The notes under the pieces are model-generated. The model did no database searches. It was not told the origin of the DNA and was given only the letters and a program-made list of their open reading frames with translations. A stretch of 64,000 nucleotides of DNA from Malacoraja senta (lineage: Eukaryota): contig CM075988.1 in assembly GCA_038087875.1 (NCBI GenBank), positions 27,158,001 through 27,222,000 on the forward strand, given 5' to 3'. This document shows, in pieces, positions 13,986 to 27,373 of this stretch. Both the position numbers and the translations under genes were made by a program. How positions within the stretch are numbered: the stretch's first letter is position 1; the number at the start of each line of letters is the position of its first letter.

Positions 13986-14506
13986 CTAAACCTAGGCTTA
14001 CGAATGCCAAGCCCATGAGGCAATCAGATTTCATAAGGCATTTTTCAATCACTGATACACAGCAACCAATTGGATTTCAACCAGTGCCCACAAACAATAA
14101 TAAGTTGCAACAGATTCATCTATCGATGAGGGCAAAACGTTGACGAGGATATGTGTTTCAGTGTGGCTGAGGTGCACTACCCAACCTATCCAACACTTGT
14201 AATGAATGTCAAGACAGTGTGACAACACCCTCTCCCTGTGAGTGTTGCTCTGATCACTTTAACTGTCTGACAGGCTAGGGGACGACAATTTCCAGCATTA
14301 TTGCTATTGGTTGGCCATGGACGCCACAACAGGTAATAAACACTCTGTCTCTAAAGACCCTAAGGCAGAAGAGATTCAAGCATGGACTGGTGAACTATTA
14401 ACAAACACAAATATATAAGAGGAAAAGGATACAAAGTGACCAGTAGCTCAGAGGATTAGGGCAGCATCTCGAGAACATGGATAAGTGATGTTTTGGGTTG
14501 GGACCA

Positions 14507-14746
14507 TTCATCTAAACTGACATTTTACACAGAGATTTGTGTAGAATGATATCCATTACGTATTGAGGAACAAGGAATTGCAGATGCTGGCTTACATAAA
14601 AGACACAAAGTACTGCAGTTCCTTGTTTCTCAATAGGTAATGGATATCATTCTATAACCATATAAATCATACATTCAGTACACCCTGTCCATTAGACCTG
14701 TGTCCATTATACACAAATCTCTGTGCAAAATGTCAGTTTAGATGAA
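14507..14746. repeat. Interrupted inverted repeat (fold-back) at a Penelope pLTR end
   Basis: 14542-14583 pairs with 14613-14654 (3 mismatches); 14507-14543 pairs with 14710-14746 (1 mismatch). Confidence 0.85.
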
Positions 14747-14944
14747 AACATAGTTTAGATGAATTCCCCTAGAAAACAATAGCAGATACAGGATGTCCAA
14801 GCTCTGAGCCAACTTCAGGTGAGCTCACACAATGTTCCCTTTCCATTCGTCGTCAAGTCAAGTCAAGTTTAGTTTAGTTTAGTTTATTATTCTCCCATCT
14901 ACTGAGGTAGAGCAAAAGCTTGTGTTAGCATGCTCCTCCTTCAC

Positions 14945-15985
14945 TGCACAGCATCAGTGGGTCAGGCAGCATCCCTGGAGAACATGGATACGTGACAATT
15001 TGTGTTGGGTCTTCAGACTGGTTGCAGTGGTAGCAAGCCTGGGTCAAAACATGGTCGAAGAGCAGAGAGCAGAGGGTGCGAGAAAAAAAGCTGGAAGACC
15101 GGAGGGGCAGGACAAAGCATGGCCGGTAATAGGTGAATTCAGGGGAACTTTTTTATAGTAGGACAGAGGTGAAAAACAGAAGTGAGCCAAGAGGATAAAG
15201 AGTTGTAAAGAGTTGTAAATAGTGACGTTCAAGGATAGAAACGTTGCAAATTGTGACGCTGGAGGAAGGAATGTCAGTGGAGGGAGAGGGGGAGGAGTGC
15301 AAGGTCAGCCAGTATTCAGGGGAGGGGAGTGAGGGGGAAGGAAAGGGGTCATGGAGAAAGGGTAGGGAGAAGGGGGGTGTTTGTGTAATTTTCCTAAAGT
15401 TGGATCATTCAATGTTCATACCATTGGGGTGTACACTACCTAAGTGGAATTTGAGGTGTTGTTTCTGCAGTGGCCTCACTTTGGCAATGGAGGAGGTCCA
15501 GGACAGACAGGGCAGCATGGGAATGGGAAGGAAAGTTAAAATGGTTGGCAACCGGGAGATCCCACAGACCTTGGCGGACCGAGAACCTGTTCGGCAAAAC
15601 GGTCACTAATCCCATGATTGGTCTTGTGGATGTAGAGAGACCATATTGGGAACACCGGATGCAGTAGATGAGGTTAGAGGAGGTGCACGTCAACTTCTGT
15701 CCCAACTGGAAGCACTGCTGGTGGTATTGTATAAGGACACCGTGTTACATCCCCTTCAGTTTCTGGGAAAAGTACCTGGGGAAGAGGTGGTTTTGGTGGG
15801 AAGGGATGAGTGAACCAGAGAGCTGTGGAGGGTGCGATCTCTGTGGGAAAAGGGTTTCAATCTGAAGAAGTGCCCGACCTGAAACATCACCTATCCATGT
15901 TGTCCAGAGATGCTGCCTGACCTGTTGAGTTACTCCAGCGTTTTGTGTTTTTCTTTAGCAAACCAGCATCTGCAGTTCTTTGTTA
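14945..15985 (-). mobile_element. Penelope-like element remnant: GIY-YIG endonuclease C-terminus, pLTR and inverted pLTR
   Basis: ORF 15436-15705(-) QKLTCTSSNLIYCIRCSQ...LPVANHFNFPSHSH is typical of the Penelope GIY-YIG region. pLTR on - at about 14945-15020 and an opposite-orientation pLTR at about 15860-15985. Confidence 0.8.
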
Positions 15986-16919
15986 TTCCAGGAAGTAGAT
16001 ACTGGTCTGCTGCAGGGGGTAAAGACCACAGCAACACAAACTATTTGTGATGATTCACAACTCAAGGCACAGCGAGAGCAAATTGCTGTAGGACTTCCAC
16101 AAAATAGTGAGTGGATTAAAGTTATTATTTTGCTTGCAAATTCTGGGCCAATTTCTCACCTCTTCAATTCTAATCCTGCCGTTTTTCAATTAGCAATTAA
16201 TAACAGCCAGAGAAAGGGGAATGCATGCAGTGGTGGACAAGGTGATTTAGGAGGAGATTTAATGTTGCCGTTGCAGTAAGTGGTTTGGTCTGATTCATGC
16301 TGCTCAGGCTTCTGTTCAGCCTGACAGTGAAGATTATTCATTGATATAAAGCATCTCTCGCGTCTCCCCCGTAACACAGGCACAAATACATGCTCCTTTG
16401 TTAAGGAATAACGTCCATCTTTACTACCGCTCCATTTAACTGAGATGAAGGGTCCTTGGATCAAAGTAATACTTAAAAAAGACTGCAAATGCAGGCTTAA
16501 ATTATATTTCTGTGGGTGTTTACATAATATAATGACCAGGAATTAAATCAAAGATCTTCAGTTAATTGGGTTTGGGAATCAAATAGGAGTCCAAGAACAA
16601 CCAAAAAACTACAGACTGTCGAAATCTGAAATAAAATGGTGGAAACGTTCAGCAGGTCAGGCAACATCTATTCAAAGGGAAACAGTGTTAACGTTTTGGC
16701 TCAAAGTTTAGTTGTGCTGAAGAGTTCATAAAGTTAGTGTTTCAGGTCCAATGACTCCCCAGTAGAACTGAACTCAGCATAGAACTCAGCCTGAACAGTT
16801 TCCATTCCCATAAGATCATAAGACATAGAAGCAGAATTCGGCCCTTCGGCCCTTCGGCCCATCGAGTCTGCTCCGCCATTCGATCATGGCTGACCTATTT
16901 TTCCCTCTCAATCTCATTC

Positions 16920-17030
16920 AAACGTCCACACAGTCGCAGATCGAACAACAAACTCCACACAGACAGCTCCCGTAGTCAGGATTGAACCCCAGTCTCTGGA
17001 GCTGTGAGGCAGTGGCTATACCACCACGTC
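16920..17030 (-). mobile_element. V-SINE (HE1-like) 5' fragment next to a CR1 tail (16810-16918)
   Basis: acaaactccacacagacagctcccgtagtcaggattgaaccc...gctgtgaggcag. Confidence 0.65.
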
Positions 17031-17044
17031 ACTCTAATGACTGT

Positions 17045-17225
17045 ATTGTGCTGTCTTTCGGATGACATTAAACCAAGATTCCCTCTCAGGCAGGTGTAAA
17101 ATAACCCAGGACACAATATGGAAGCAATTAGGAACGTTATCTCTGCATCCTTGCCAATAGTTATCACTCAGTCAACTTCACTGATACACGACACCTGACC
17201 ATCAGCCACTGTTTGTAAAGTAACT
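17045..17225 (+). mobile_element. Ancient Deu-domain SINE fragment
   Basis: tgctgtctttcggatgacattaaaccaag...ctctcaggcaggtgtaaaa...ccttgccaatagttatcactcagtcaacttcact. Confidence 0.6.
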
Positions 17226-17677
17226 TGTAAACCCAACTGTTTCCAAAGTAAAACGGACTATTTCAATCATCTTGAAACTTACCTGCAGTTCAGACTTTAC
17301 TTCACTGATTGTCCTAAAGTGCTGGCTAATCTTATTAAAACAAAAATCAAATGTCAAGGTCACCATTTAAGGAATTCATTTCTTAATCTTAACTGTTCTG
17401 TCCATCTGTAATCTTTCTGGGAACTGTTAAACCAATTATCACCGATTAAATTGCAGATCAGGGGGATTTGCAAAAACAACAGAAAGTGCTTAGTGATTGA
17501 TTGAATCAGTGGCTGTTCAATGTTTGTGCCTGGAGATCGGATGTGAAAGAGTGACAAATGCCTTAAATGAGCTGCTGTAATAAAGGGCCAAATTCAGCTG
17601 TCTGTGACCAACGATTCAGAAAAGAACTGCAATTGTTCAGCTATTCACAGACTAAATCCAGGTTATATGTCAGCAAA

Positions 17678-17870
17678 AAAAACAAACTGCTGCAGGAACT
17701 CAGTAGGCCAGGCAGCATCTGTGGATTGAATGGGCAGAGGACATTCCAGCTCAGGACACCTCTTCAGAAACGTTGTCTGTCCATTTCCCTCTGCAGATGC
17801 AGCCTGATCCGCTGAGTCCCTCCAGCAGTTTGTTTATTGGGCTAGATGCCAGCGTCTGCTGTCTCTTGTG
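17678..17870. mobile_element. Fold-back Penelope pLTR element
   Basis: aaacaaactgctgcaggaactcag... and ...ctgagtccctccagcagtttgttt are inverted about a hammerhead-core remnant (ctcttcagaaacg). Confidence 0.65.
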
Positions 17871-19004
17871 TTTCCAGGTTAGATGAAAGTCTGGGACTCT
17901 GATGCAGACAAAGTAATGGACAATGTGGTGGATTTTTTGCAAGTGTGATATTGCAATTCAATGTCAACCGGAAATGGCATCGGATCATAGACTTTGTCAT
18001 TTCAATTGGGGCTATTGGTTTCAAGAATATGGAAGGTAATTATCTTACTGGATATCTGAGATGATTCAAAGAATAAAAGGATAACATTTTTGGAACAACA
18101 GGTGAGGCTCCATCACTGATATTCATAGGGTTCACTCAGATAGAACTTTCATTAGCAACTTGTTGGAGAATCACTCACTGCTGGACCTTGCCATAACTAA
18201 CTGGCAAAGGTATGGAGAGTCAGCAAGCATAGCCTCTCACAAACCACGTACATGTGCTGAGGCAGAGACACGAGGTGACACAAAACAACCAATTGTCATC
18301 ATGGTCTACACTCCACTATTTCCCATCAAGGTCTTTGTCACAGTGGGGTTTGCATTTGTATGTTCAGCTCCCTCCAAACTTGGCCAGCTGGATTAATGTG
18401 TACATGGATTTGTGATGGAGTAAAGTAGCATCCTTCATCTTTCCGTCGGTCACTGTTTTAATTTGGTGATAGCCATTTTGAAAGCCCATGCAGTAGATCC
18501 GCTGCCATGTTCTCCAGTGTCCACCCTTGCCTTAACTCAACTCCCACTGGAATTCTCTGATGTAGACATTATTTTAAAGTTGTTTGATAATTATGAGTTG
18601 TCACAGTTGGATGGACAGGATTTTTCCATGATTTAATATGTGTACATGGCCTACTGTGTAAGGAAGGCTGAGAAGCTCAGTAATCAATGGGAGGAAGAAA
18701 AACCTCATGACAAGTAATTAGAGTTTTCTTCTTTGATACTAATCCCCATCATTTAATAGCCATGTGAGTGCCCACTGGAAAGCTTTTATGAATGTCTATA
18801 TTTCTCTGGTTTTAATTCAGCTATTTTCATTCTGAATTAATGATTAAGTACTTTTCCTGCTATTTCGTCATTCACTGAATACATTGTGGTCTATGGTTCC
18901 TGCCCCACTGTGCAAGAAAGAATATTAACATCCCAAGAAAGAATAATGACGGAAGATGTTCGAGTGAATCATAATTTGTACAGTGAGGACAATTTATAAA
19001 AAGT

Positions 19005-19480
19005 AATATTTTGGATAAAACCAGAAAATGACACAGCAGGTCAAGCAGTATCTGTTGAGGGAGATACAGAAATAACATTTTAGATTGAAGACTCTTCATC
19101 AGAATTGGGTGAGTGAGAAAAGAAGATAGTTTTAAATTGCAGAGAGGATAGGGAGAGGGATGGATTTGAGAAAGTGGATATCTCTGATAGGCTGAGGTTA
19201 CCATGGTGATATGCTGTTTTACAAAACCATCTGGTTGATAGATTAATGGAGGAAATGAGAGAGAGAGCAGAAAAAATAGCTGTGAAGTTAAAAGCTGTAA
19301 AATGCACAGCAGAATTGGTTTGCTCTGTTACAAAAAGCGAAAGTGAGTTGGTTGAAATTGTTAAATTCAATATTCCCTCCCAAAAAGCATGATATACCCA
19401 TCAGAAAATGACTTGCTGTTCCTTAAACTTTCATTGGGCCTCATTGTGAAAGTTTAGCATCTGAGTCAGATGGAGAATTA
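19005..19480 (-). mobile_element. Old Penelope-like 3' fragment
   Basis: Reverse complement contains ctgatgaagagtcttc (hammerhead-like) and pLTR-like sequence. Degenerate similarity to 15240-15540 and 60900-61260. Confidence 0.5.
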
Positions 19481-21677
19481 AAGTGATTTTTTAACAGTGT
19501 TATTAATTCATCCAATGGGTGAATGGTTGTCTTTCCTGCTGTTACTCCAGCACTTTGCATCCTTTTGTGTATTAAGCAGTTATTTGCTTCGACCTTAAAT
19601 CTGGCACACTCCCTCATCATTACAATTCATGAGCACTCGTACCCTAACCCCTGGGGAGGGGATCAATTCCAACCCTCACCCCCAAAGCCAAGGCTTCCAT
19701 TCCCAACACACCAATCAAATGGAAGTGTCTCCAAATCCTTCCATACCTAGAATTTCCAATTCATTGTCACCCTGCTTCGAGAAGGGGCGGCAAATCATCG
19801 ACCTCACCGTCAGCAAAGTGGACACCAAATCCTGCCCCCAGCCACAAAGAATAAGGGCTCCAGTTCCTTCTCCCACCCACAGAAGTCAGGGCTATAATTC
19901 CCATCCATGCCCCAGATGAGGGAGCTACAACCATGACTAGGTCATCAAATCCTCTGCCATCCCCAGAGGAGGGGCTCCAATAGCTGTCTCTCCCCAAGCA
20001 AGGCCCTCCAACCAACCCACCCACCCCAGAGAAATGGTTTCTGTTGCCCCCCAACACTGAAGGATGAAAGGCCATGGTCCAATCACCATACGTCCCTCAC
20101 TCCAGTCTTTTACAAGCATCTTATAAATAACTATGGACAGTGGGCAGATTATGTTGGGAGTTTCATGCTATATGGACCGTCTACTCCAGGGTGATGGGAA
20201 GGAGGAGTTGGATAGGGTAGCTTTGCAATTTGTTCACTGACCTCTCATCAACTAGGATCTAACTGAAACCCCTGCTGTTTGGAGAAGCTGAATAGTCCAA
20301 TCCTATTTTGTGCCAGGGCTGAGGCCATCATTGGCCGCTGCAAGGAACAATATTTCTTATTTATCACATTATCACATTATATTGGCCTCACCTAACTGCC
20401 AAACTACAACTGAGGTTCAAAAATGGGTGGCATCAGTTCACAAATCAATGGGAAATGATCAAGCAAAAGCAATGCTGGAATCTGAAGCAAAAAAAATAGT
20501 AACTCAGCAGATCGAGCAGCTGGGGATCGATCTGTGGGGAAAGGAACTGTCAGCGTTTCGGCCCTGCACCTGGACCCAGTTTCTGTGAACCAGGTGTTTA
20601 TGATGACAAGGCAGTCAATCTAAAGAATGGTCTCAGTCCAAAACATCATCTATTCATATTATCCAGAGATGCTGCCTGACCAGCTGAGCTACTTCAGCAC
20701 TTTGTGTATTAACCAGCACCTGCAGTTTCTTGTTTCTACCACATAGAATATACAGTAGAACAGTGCAGCACAGGAGGGAATCCTTCAGCCCACAATGTCC
20801 TTGCCAAACATGATGCCAATTTAAACTAATCTCCATTGGATTATGTGATCCATATTCCTCCATTCCCTTTTCGAGGAATTTGGGCTCACACACTAGGTTT
20901 GTTATCCTGAAACATAAACTGGTAACTCCAGGGTCAACATTATTAATAACATTTTTTAATCCCAGATCCATTTAATTGAATTAATTTTTTTACAAATTTG
21001 TCATGGTGGGATTTGAATATGTTTCTGGATCATTAACCACATTTCTGGATCTGGTCTAGGAACAGAACCACAACAGTCCCAGACATGGCAACATTTGAGC
21101 TTGTTATAAAGAAAGGATTATCAGGCTTCTTTTAATTATACCCAGTCGACTTATCTTTTCTTAAATCAGCACCCCTTCTGAATCTATTCCCAGGCAAGCG
21201 TAAAAAAGACAAGAGATTTGTTAGAAGTATATCCAGTACTGTATTTAATTATAATCACACTCCTACAGAGTTTAATTAAACTAAAACCGCATGAAGATCA
21301 TGTGTCATTAGATCACCATGGAGTGGAGTGGAACATTCTGGGAAGCTTTTATGATTATATTACTTGCTGATTGGGGATTCCAAAACAGAAGACAATTGAA
21401 ATAAATTTAGCAGTTAATTAAATCTTTGGTCCCTTTATATTGCAAAAGGAAATGTTGCTTTCCCAGTTACTGGGACTGTCAGGTTCCTGTTACAGGGAAA
21501 TATTTGAGTTGGCAGAGGCTAAATGGGAGTGCTGGGATGAAGGGGTGGAGTACAGCATAGATAAATGCCCTGGATGCCTGCAGAAGTCTAATTCCTTTCC
21601 AATATAAATGCAGACTGGTTGCGGTACTCGCGATGCTGATAGGACTATTGCAGTGTCAAGACCAAGAACACTGTAAA

Positions 21678-22904
21678 TAGCAATGTTACAAAATTTTGAG
21701 ATTTTAAAAATCAAGTCTGCAATTTATCCCATCAGATAAAGCATAAGAAGAAGTTTAATTTGACACCTAATTCACTTTCATATCTTCAGTATTAAATAAG
21801 TTATGGCCATTTTCATACTCGGAAATTAGCATCTTGTTCCCTATTGCTTTTCCATTGACTTAACACAAAAGCTGTGATCAAGGACAGTCAAAAGCCCATA
21901 ACTTTCTTAAAAATTATGAGAACAATGAAATTTTCAGTTATTATAGATTGAAGCATTCTGAAACAAATATGAAACAATCTTACTTGGATGACCTGAAATT
22001 AAAGCATATAATTAGCTAGTTACCCAATTGTAGCTAATTACAAAATTCAATTACTAGATCTAAATATCTATCCATTTCTTAAGAAAAAGTTAACATTTTT
22101 TCCCCCACAATCAAAATGTGGATTATAGAAATGACGGAGACCTTACACTTGGAAAGAATTAGACTTGTCCTGTTGGACAAACAAGAATTATTTGTTGGAA
22201 CATGGTCTCCATTTATTGATTATCTAAAGGGTCAGAATGGTTCAGCACGGGAACCTGACTAGCACTCGAGCCAAGGAATAGATGAAATGTTATACTCTGA
22301 AATGTACGAATATATCTCGAATGAGGTTTTTTTTCTTAAGTTATTCCATTCTTCTTTATTGTCTCTCTTTTTTTTCCCTTTCTTTTCTCTCTTTTCTCTC
22401 TTTCTTTCATCTTTTTTATTTCTATTTACTTAAAAAAAAAAGAAAAAATCATTGGAGACAATGTGAATAATGTTTGACAATATTATTAATTTAGAAATGA
22501 AAGACTGGTAACGATTTTAATATGATATGTATTTATCTCCAATAAAAAATATTATCACAAAAAAAGTTAACATTTTTTAAAAGCCTAAAGTGACCAAATA
22601 ACATTCACACAAGAATTCACAATATAACATTATTTTTAAATCTCATTGTCATTAATTTATAGGCCAAATGGAAGGAATTTAGTGTTTAATTCCTGTAAAT
22701 TAATGGACATTTAAATCATCTTGCGAGTGGGATTTTGTGGAACGCGCTGGTTTGGAACTTTGCGGTTGCAGTGAATTAAACCCCAATATCGGCAGGAAAA
22801 ATATCGCATTTTAAACCCGCCCCCCTCTCAAAGGCGCCAAAGTCGCACACACGGGCAGTGACAGAACTGCAGCGCCGCTGAAGGTAAGTTTTGTAACATA
22901 CCTA
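21678..22904. mobile_element. Non-autonomous DNA transposon, 16-bp imperfect TIRs, 7-bp TSD (copy 1)
   Basis: Left end TAGCAATGTTACAAAA; right end reverse complement TAGGTATGTTACAAAA. ctgtaaa duplicated at 21671-21677 and 22905-22911. Homologous to 36428-37428 in the opposite orientation. Confidence 0.85.
22102..22560 (+). mobile_element. L1-clade LINE 3' fragment nested in the DNA transposon
   Basis: Encodes PTIKMWIIEMTETLHLERIRL...TWSPFIDYLK (L1 ORF2 C-terminus); AATAAA and A-rich end; 18-bp TSD aaaaagttaacatttttt at 22084-22101 and 22561-22578. Confidence 0.85.
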
Positions 22905-23576
22905 CTGTAAATCATGCTCCCTCCACACAACAGCCTTCTCATACTCCAGAGGAAGGTTCTAGTGGTCAAGGGGAGGCAAGCATCTCAGATTGCATCAGTC
23001 TTATCTGTTCCATATGGATGAAATCTCCCCTTATTAATCCAAATATTAGAAATATGTGATGAAATATGATGTGACATCATTGTAAATATTGGGTTGCATC
23101 AGAAGAATTCTGTGACCATGGTCACTTACAAATGACCAAAATGGTCAATCTGTTGAATGTCTCTTTCAAATCATTGCAATTCAGAACGATCAGTTTATAT
23201 TGCCTAGTCAAAAAAACTTGTCCCGTACATCTTTAAACTTTGGTTCTTTTACCTTAAAGTTATGCCCTCTACATCAACCCAGGATCTTCCACACATGCAA
23301 CCCAATCATCATTTAACTTCCTCAACATTCCTTCTAATCCTTTTACCCTCAAGTAATGAATAATTTCTCCTTGAACTCATCTCAGCTACTCATGTCGACT
23401 ATTCCTTGTGGTACTGAGTCCCACATACACTTTCCTGAATTTCTTATGCAGACATCTCCAAGTTTTGGTTTCAACCACAATGGAAAGATCTAATCTTCAC
23501 GCAGACCATCAAACCTAATGTGTTATCTAAATGCTACAGAATATTTATAGCCAATTTGGGAAATTATTCTGGTTTA

Positions 23577-24847
23577 AACCACTTCTTTCACATCCGGATC
23601 CTGCACTCCCGTGGTCTACAGTGGCAACTGACATATTTGAGTGGCATGGCAAGCAGTACCTGGTACTCGTCGATTCGTATTCAGGATGGTTTGACATTAA
23701 TTTTCTTAGCAGCCCCACTTCTCGAGGGGTGGTTTCGAAGCTTGCTCGCCATTTTTCAATCCACGGAGCTCCAGGCATACTGTTATCTGATAATGGCAGC
23801 CAATTTACCAGCCAACACTTCAAGGAATTTGCTGCACGCTGGAATTTTCACCACATTACCAGCAGCCCTGAATATCCACAGTCGAATGGTCTAGATGAGC
23901 GGGCTGTCAAAAGTGCCAAACAGCTCATGGAACATTCGTTCAGAGCTAATTCCGACGTGTTCCTGGATCTACTCAACTCACGCAACATCTCCCGCGACCC
24001 CATTTTGGGTTCGCCTGCTCAACGTTTATTGTCGAGGCAGACCCGAGCCACAGTGCCTGTGGCGGGTCAGGCATTGATCCCACTGGTGGTTCCATCACTG
24101 GAAGTCCTGTCCAGATTACAACAAAAGCGTGACATTCAACAACAGTGGTATGACAAGACAAGTAGGCCAATGCCACCATTAACCAAGGGGCAGGTGGTTC
24201 GTTTGCAGACTGACAAAGGCCATGACCGCATCCGTGTAATATCAGGAACTGCTTCTGAGTCACGCTCATATCTGGTCAGTGCCGATGGCGGCACTTACAG
24301 GCGTAACAGACAACATATCCTGCCTGTGAATGAGCCAGTTCTACCTCCGTACTATCCCGACCGTACAAGTGTACTGCCGTCCGTGTCCAGAGGCATTAAT
24401 CCGCCTACGCCAGCACAACAACCCACTTCTGGAACGGCTGCTTTGCCAGTGGCGACGCCCCCTCCGCCTGTGCCACAGTCTCATCACCGGGAATGCTGGT
24501 TCAGTCTCCCTCACCTGTGATGCCACTGGCTCTGTCCCCGGTGGGGAAAAACAGAGATGGTCTTTATCGCACACGTGCTGGTCGTGTTTGCTAGCCCACC
24601 GTGAGTACCCGGGCTATGTTTGACTTTCCTCCAGCTTATTATCAACTGCTATGCATGCCTTATTTAGTCAATGGTTTTGTACTGACATTTAATTCTTTAT
24701 GAGGGAGGATGTAGATCAGTGACTCGTGTTATGAGTCATACTTTGTAGCTACGCCCACTAGTGACGTGCTAAGATGATGTTATCTATGCTGTATTGTTAA
24801 TAAAGTCTTTGGATCTTAATCACAGTGTGACTTTGGTTATTCCAACA
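23577..24847 (+). mobile_element. Gypsy (Mag-like) LTR retrotransposon 3' remnant: integrase, PPT and 3' LTR
   Basis: ORF 23531-24520 has an rve core (PWSTVATDIF, LVLVDSYSGW, SDNGSQF, PQSNGLDER) and a C-terminal RSYLV...YRRNRQH segment. PPT gagggagga at 24701-24709. LTR TG...CA at 24710-24847 with AATAAA at 24799. Confidence 0.9.
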
Positions 24848-25724
24848 ACAGAAGCTCAAAAGGATTCAGACTTGATCGCCTACCCATTCCGTCCACGGAT
24901 GCTGCCTGACCCACTGAGTTACTCCAGCATTCTGTGTTTTACATATGTTAGCAGTGGGTTCAGCAAGGTTGGCCTGTTGACAAGGAGGGAATTATACTCA
25001 CTTGTGCAGCGAAGGGTTTGATTTTCTAAAAATGGAATAATGTCTCGGGACTGGAGCAGATCAATGGGCATTGGTCTACACACAGCATCAACATTTAACT
25101 TCATACCTCCACACAATCTCCCAAATGGATCAATGCTTCATTCCCCCTAGATGAGCATGAAATAAAAACTTTGTCAGAGAAAGAAAAACTGCAAGCTCTG
25201 TCAGGCATCCAATATTTCTTGAGTTGCGGGGAAAGCAATAGCTTAGGTCAAATTGTGCACAGCATTTAAATGGGAACAATACTACAACCAGGGCACTGCA
25301 CTGATGAGAAAAATAATTGAGAAAACTCAGCAATTTTCTGTAAATGTTATGGTTTGATGACTAAGAATGTTGATGACGACATTGATGACTAATGACTTCA
25401 TCTTCTTATCGAGTCCACACACAAGATTAGAAGTTGTTCAGCCAGAGCTGAACACACTTCTCGGCATCTGCATACAATGGTGTCTGTCTTGTCGCTTCTT
25501 GTGGTGGTGGAAAGATTGGTGGAAACAGGGCCGTGACATGAATCCTCTTTCCTTGATCCCAGGAATACCAGAGGTGTATGCAATGGCATAATTGGAGCAC
25601 TTTCAATTTTTTGTCAAATTATTATAGGTGAAAGTGTCCACAAAAAATACCTCAGACTGAAAAAGACCGTTACTTGAAATAGTTGAATCCAGTACTGAGT
25701 CCCAAGACTGCAACTTGTCTAGAT

Positions 25725-26462
25725 AGAGTTATAGAGTCTTACAGCGTCAAAACAGGCCCTTTGGCCCAACTTGCCCACACCGATCAACATGTCCCATCTA
25801 CATGAGTTTCACCTGCCTGCGTTAGGCCCATATTCCTCTAAATCTATTCTATCCATGTACCTGTCTAAATGTTTCTTAAATGTTGCGATAGTCCCTGCGT
25901 CAAGTACCTCTCCGGGCAGCTCATTCCATACACCCACCACCCACTGTGTGAAAAAATTACCCTTCAGGTTCCTATTAAATCTTTTTCCCCCTCACCTTAA
26001 ACCTATGTCTTCTGGTTCTCGATTTCCCAACTCTGGGCATGAGACTCTGTGCATTTACCAATCTATTCCTCTCATCATTTTGTACACCTCTATGATCACT
26101 CCTCATCCTCTGCGCTCCAAGGAATAGAGTCCTGGCCTGCTCAATCTCTCTCTGTAGCTCAGGCCTCCGAGTCCTAGCACGATCCTCGTAAACCTTCTCT
26201 GCAGCCTTCCAGCTTTCCATCATGTTTCCTATGACACACTGCTCGGAACCGAACACAATAGTCTAGATGTGGTGTCACCAATGTCTTATACAACTGCAAC
26301 ATGACCTTCCAACTTCTATACTCAATACTCTGACTGATGAAGGCCAATGTGCCAAAAGCCTTTTTGACCACCCTATCTACCTTTGCCACCACTTTCAAGG
26401 AATGATGTACCTGCACTCCTAGATCCCTTTGCTCTACAACACTCCCCGGAGCCCAGCCACTC
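25725..26462 (-). mobile_element. CR1 LINE 3' fragment (different subfamily)
   Basis: ORF 26174-26464(-) QRDLGVQVH...KKAFGTLAFI...LYKTLVTPHLDYCV. Confidence 0.85.
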
Positions 26463-27373
26463 ACTGTTTAGGTCGTGCCCATGTGGAATTGTGGAATCTT
26501 GTGGAATTTCTGTTTTGTTTGTGATAAGCATTGACCCTGCCCTAACGCCTTCCCCAGAGAGTGATGGATGGTTTACTAACCCATTGAGACAGTTTCCCAG
26601 AAACAATGTAACTTCAATGATGAACAGGTCATAGTCAGAGATGGCATCGATCTCAGTTCCATCTCCAGAAGCAAAATAAACAAGAGTCCAAACAAACCAG
26701 TGAGCAATGCTGAAGGAGATCAAACTGCAGGTACAATTGCATGATTTATTCAATCTGTCTCTTTACAGAGACAAAAAGAAAATTCATTGGTTTATCTGTA
26801 TTCATGAATTTAATATATTCATTAAATGATGATATTGAAAGTAATGAAAATTAAACATTAAAGCAATTGTAAAACTAAAACATGATTGTACATTAAGCAA
26901 ATGTTAAATGGTGATAGTGCACTTGCTACATTAAGTTAGAATTTATGACTGTCACAGTCACTTCAATATACGTTTAATAAAGATTATTTTACAGCTGCCT
27001 GGAGGAGTAGGGGTTGAGATGCTTCTGGATAATGGCAAAGTGATAATTACATAATTACAAAGAACAGTTGACCTTAATCGGTCAGTATTTTCCTCCACAG
27101 TTTTTCTCTCGGGCATGATCACTGACTTTAACCCTTGCGGATATTCCACAGACACCCACTTCTCCCCGCCTCTCTCTCATATCTGTCTATTTCTGTTTCT
27201 TTCACTTCCACATAACAATATGTTGAACAGAATGACAGTATGATAGGTTTGTGTTCAATTGGAATAAAGAATCCTAAATGTAACATGTTGAAATAGAGAT
27301 TTAATATGCAAAACATTCATTAGCACTTGAAAAGTAAAATGACATTTCCGGTGCAGATCAAGTTAAATATTAG

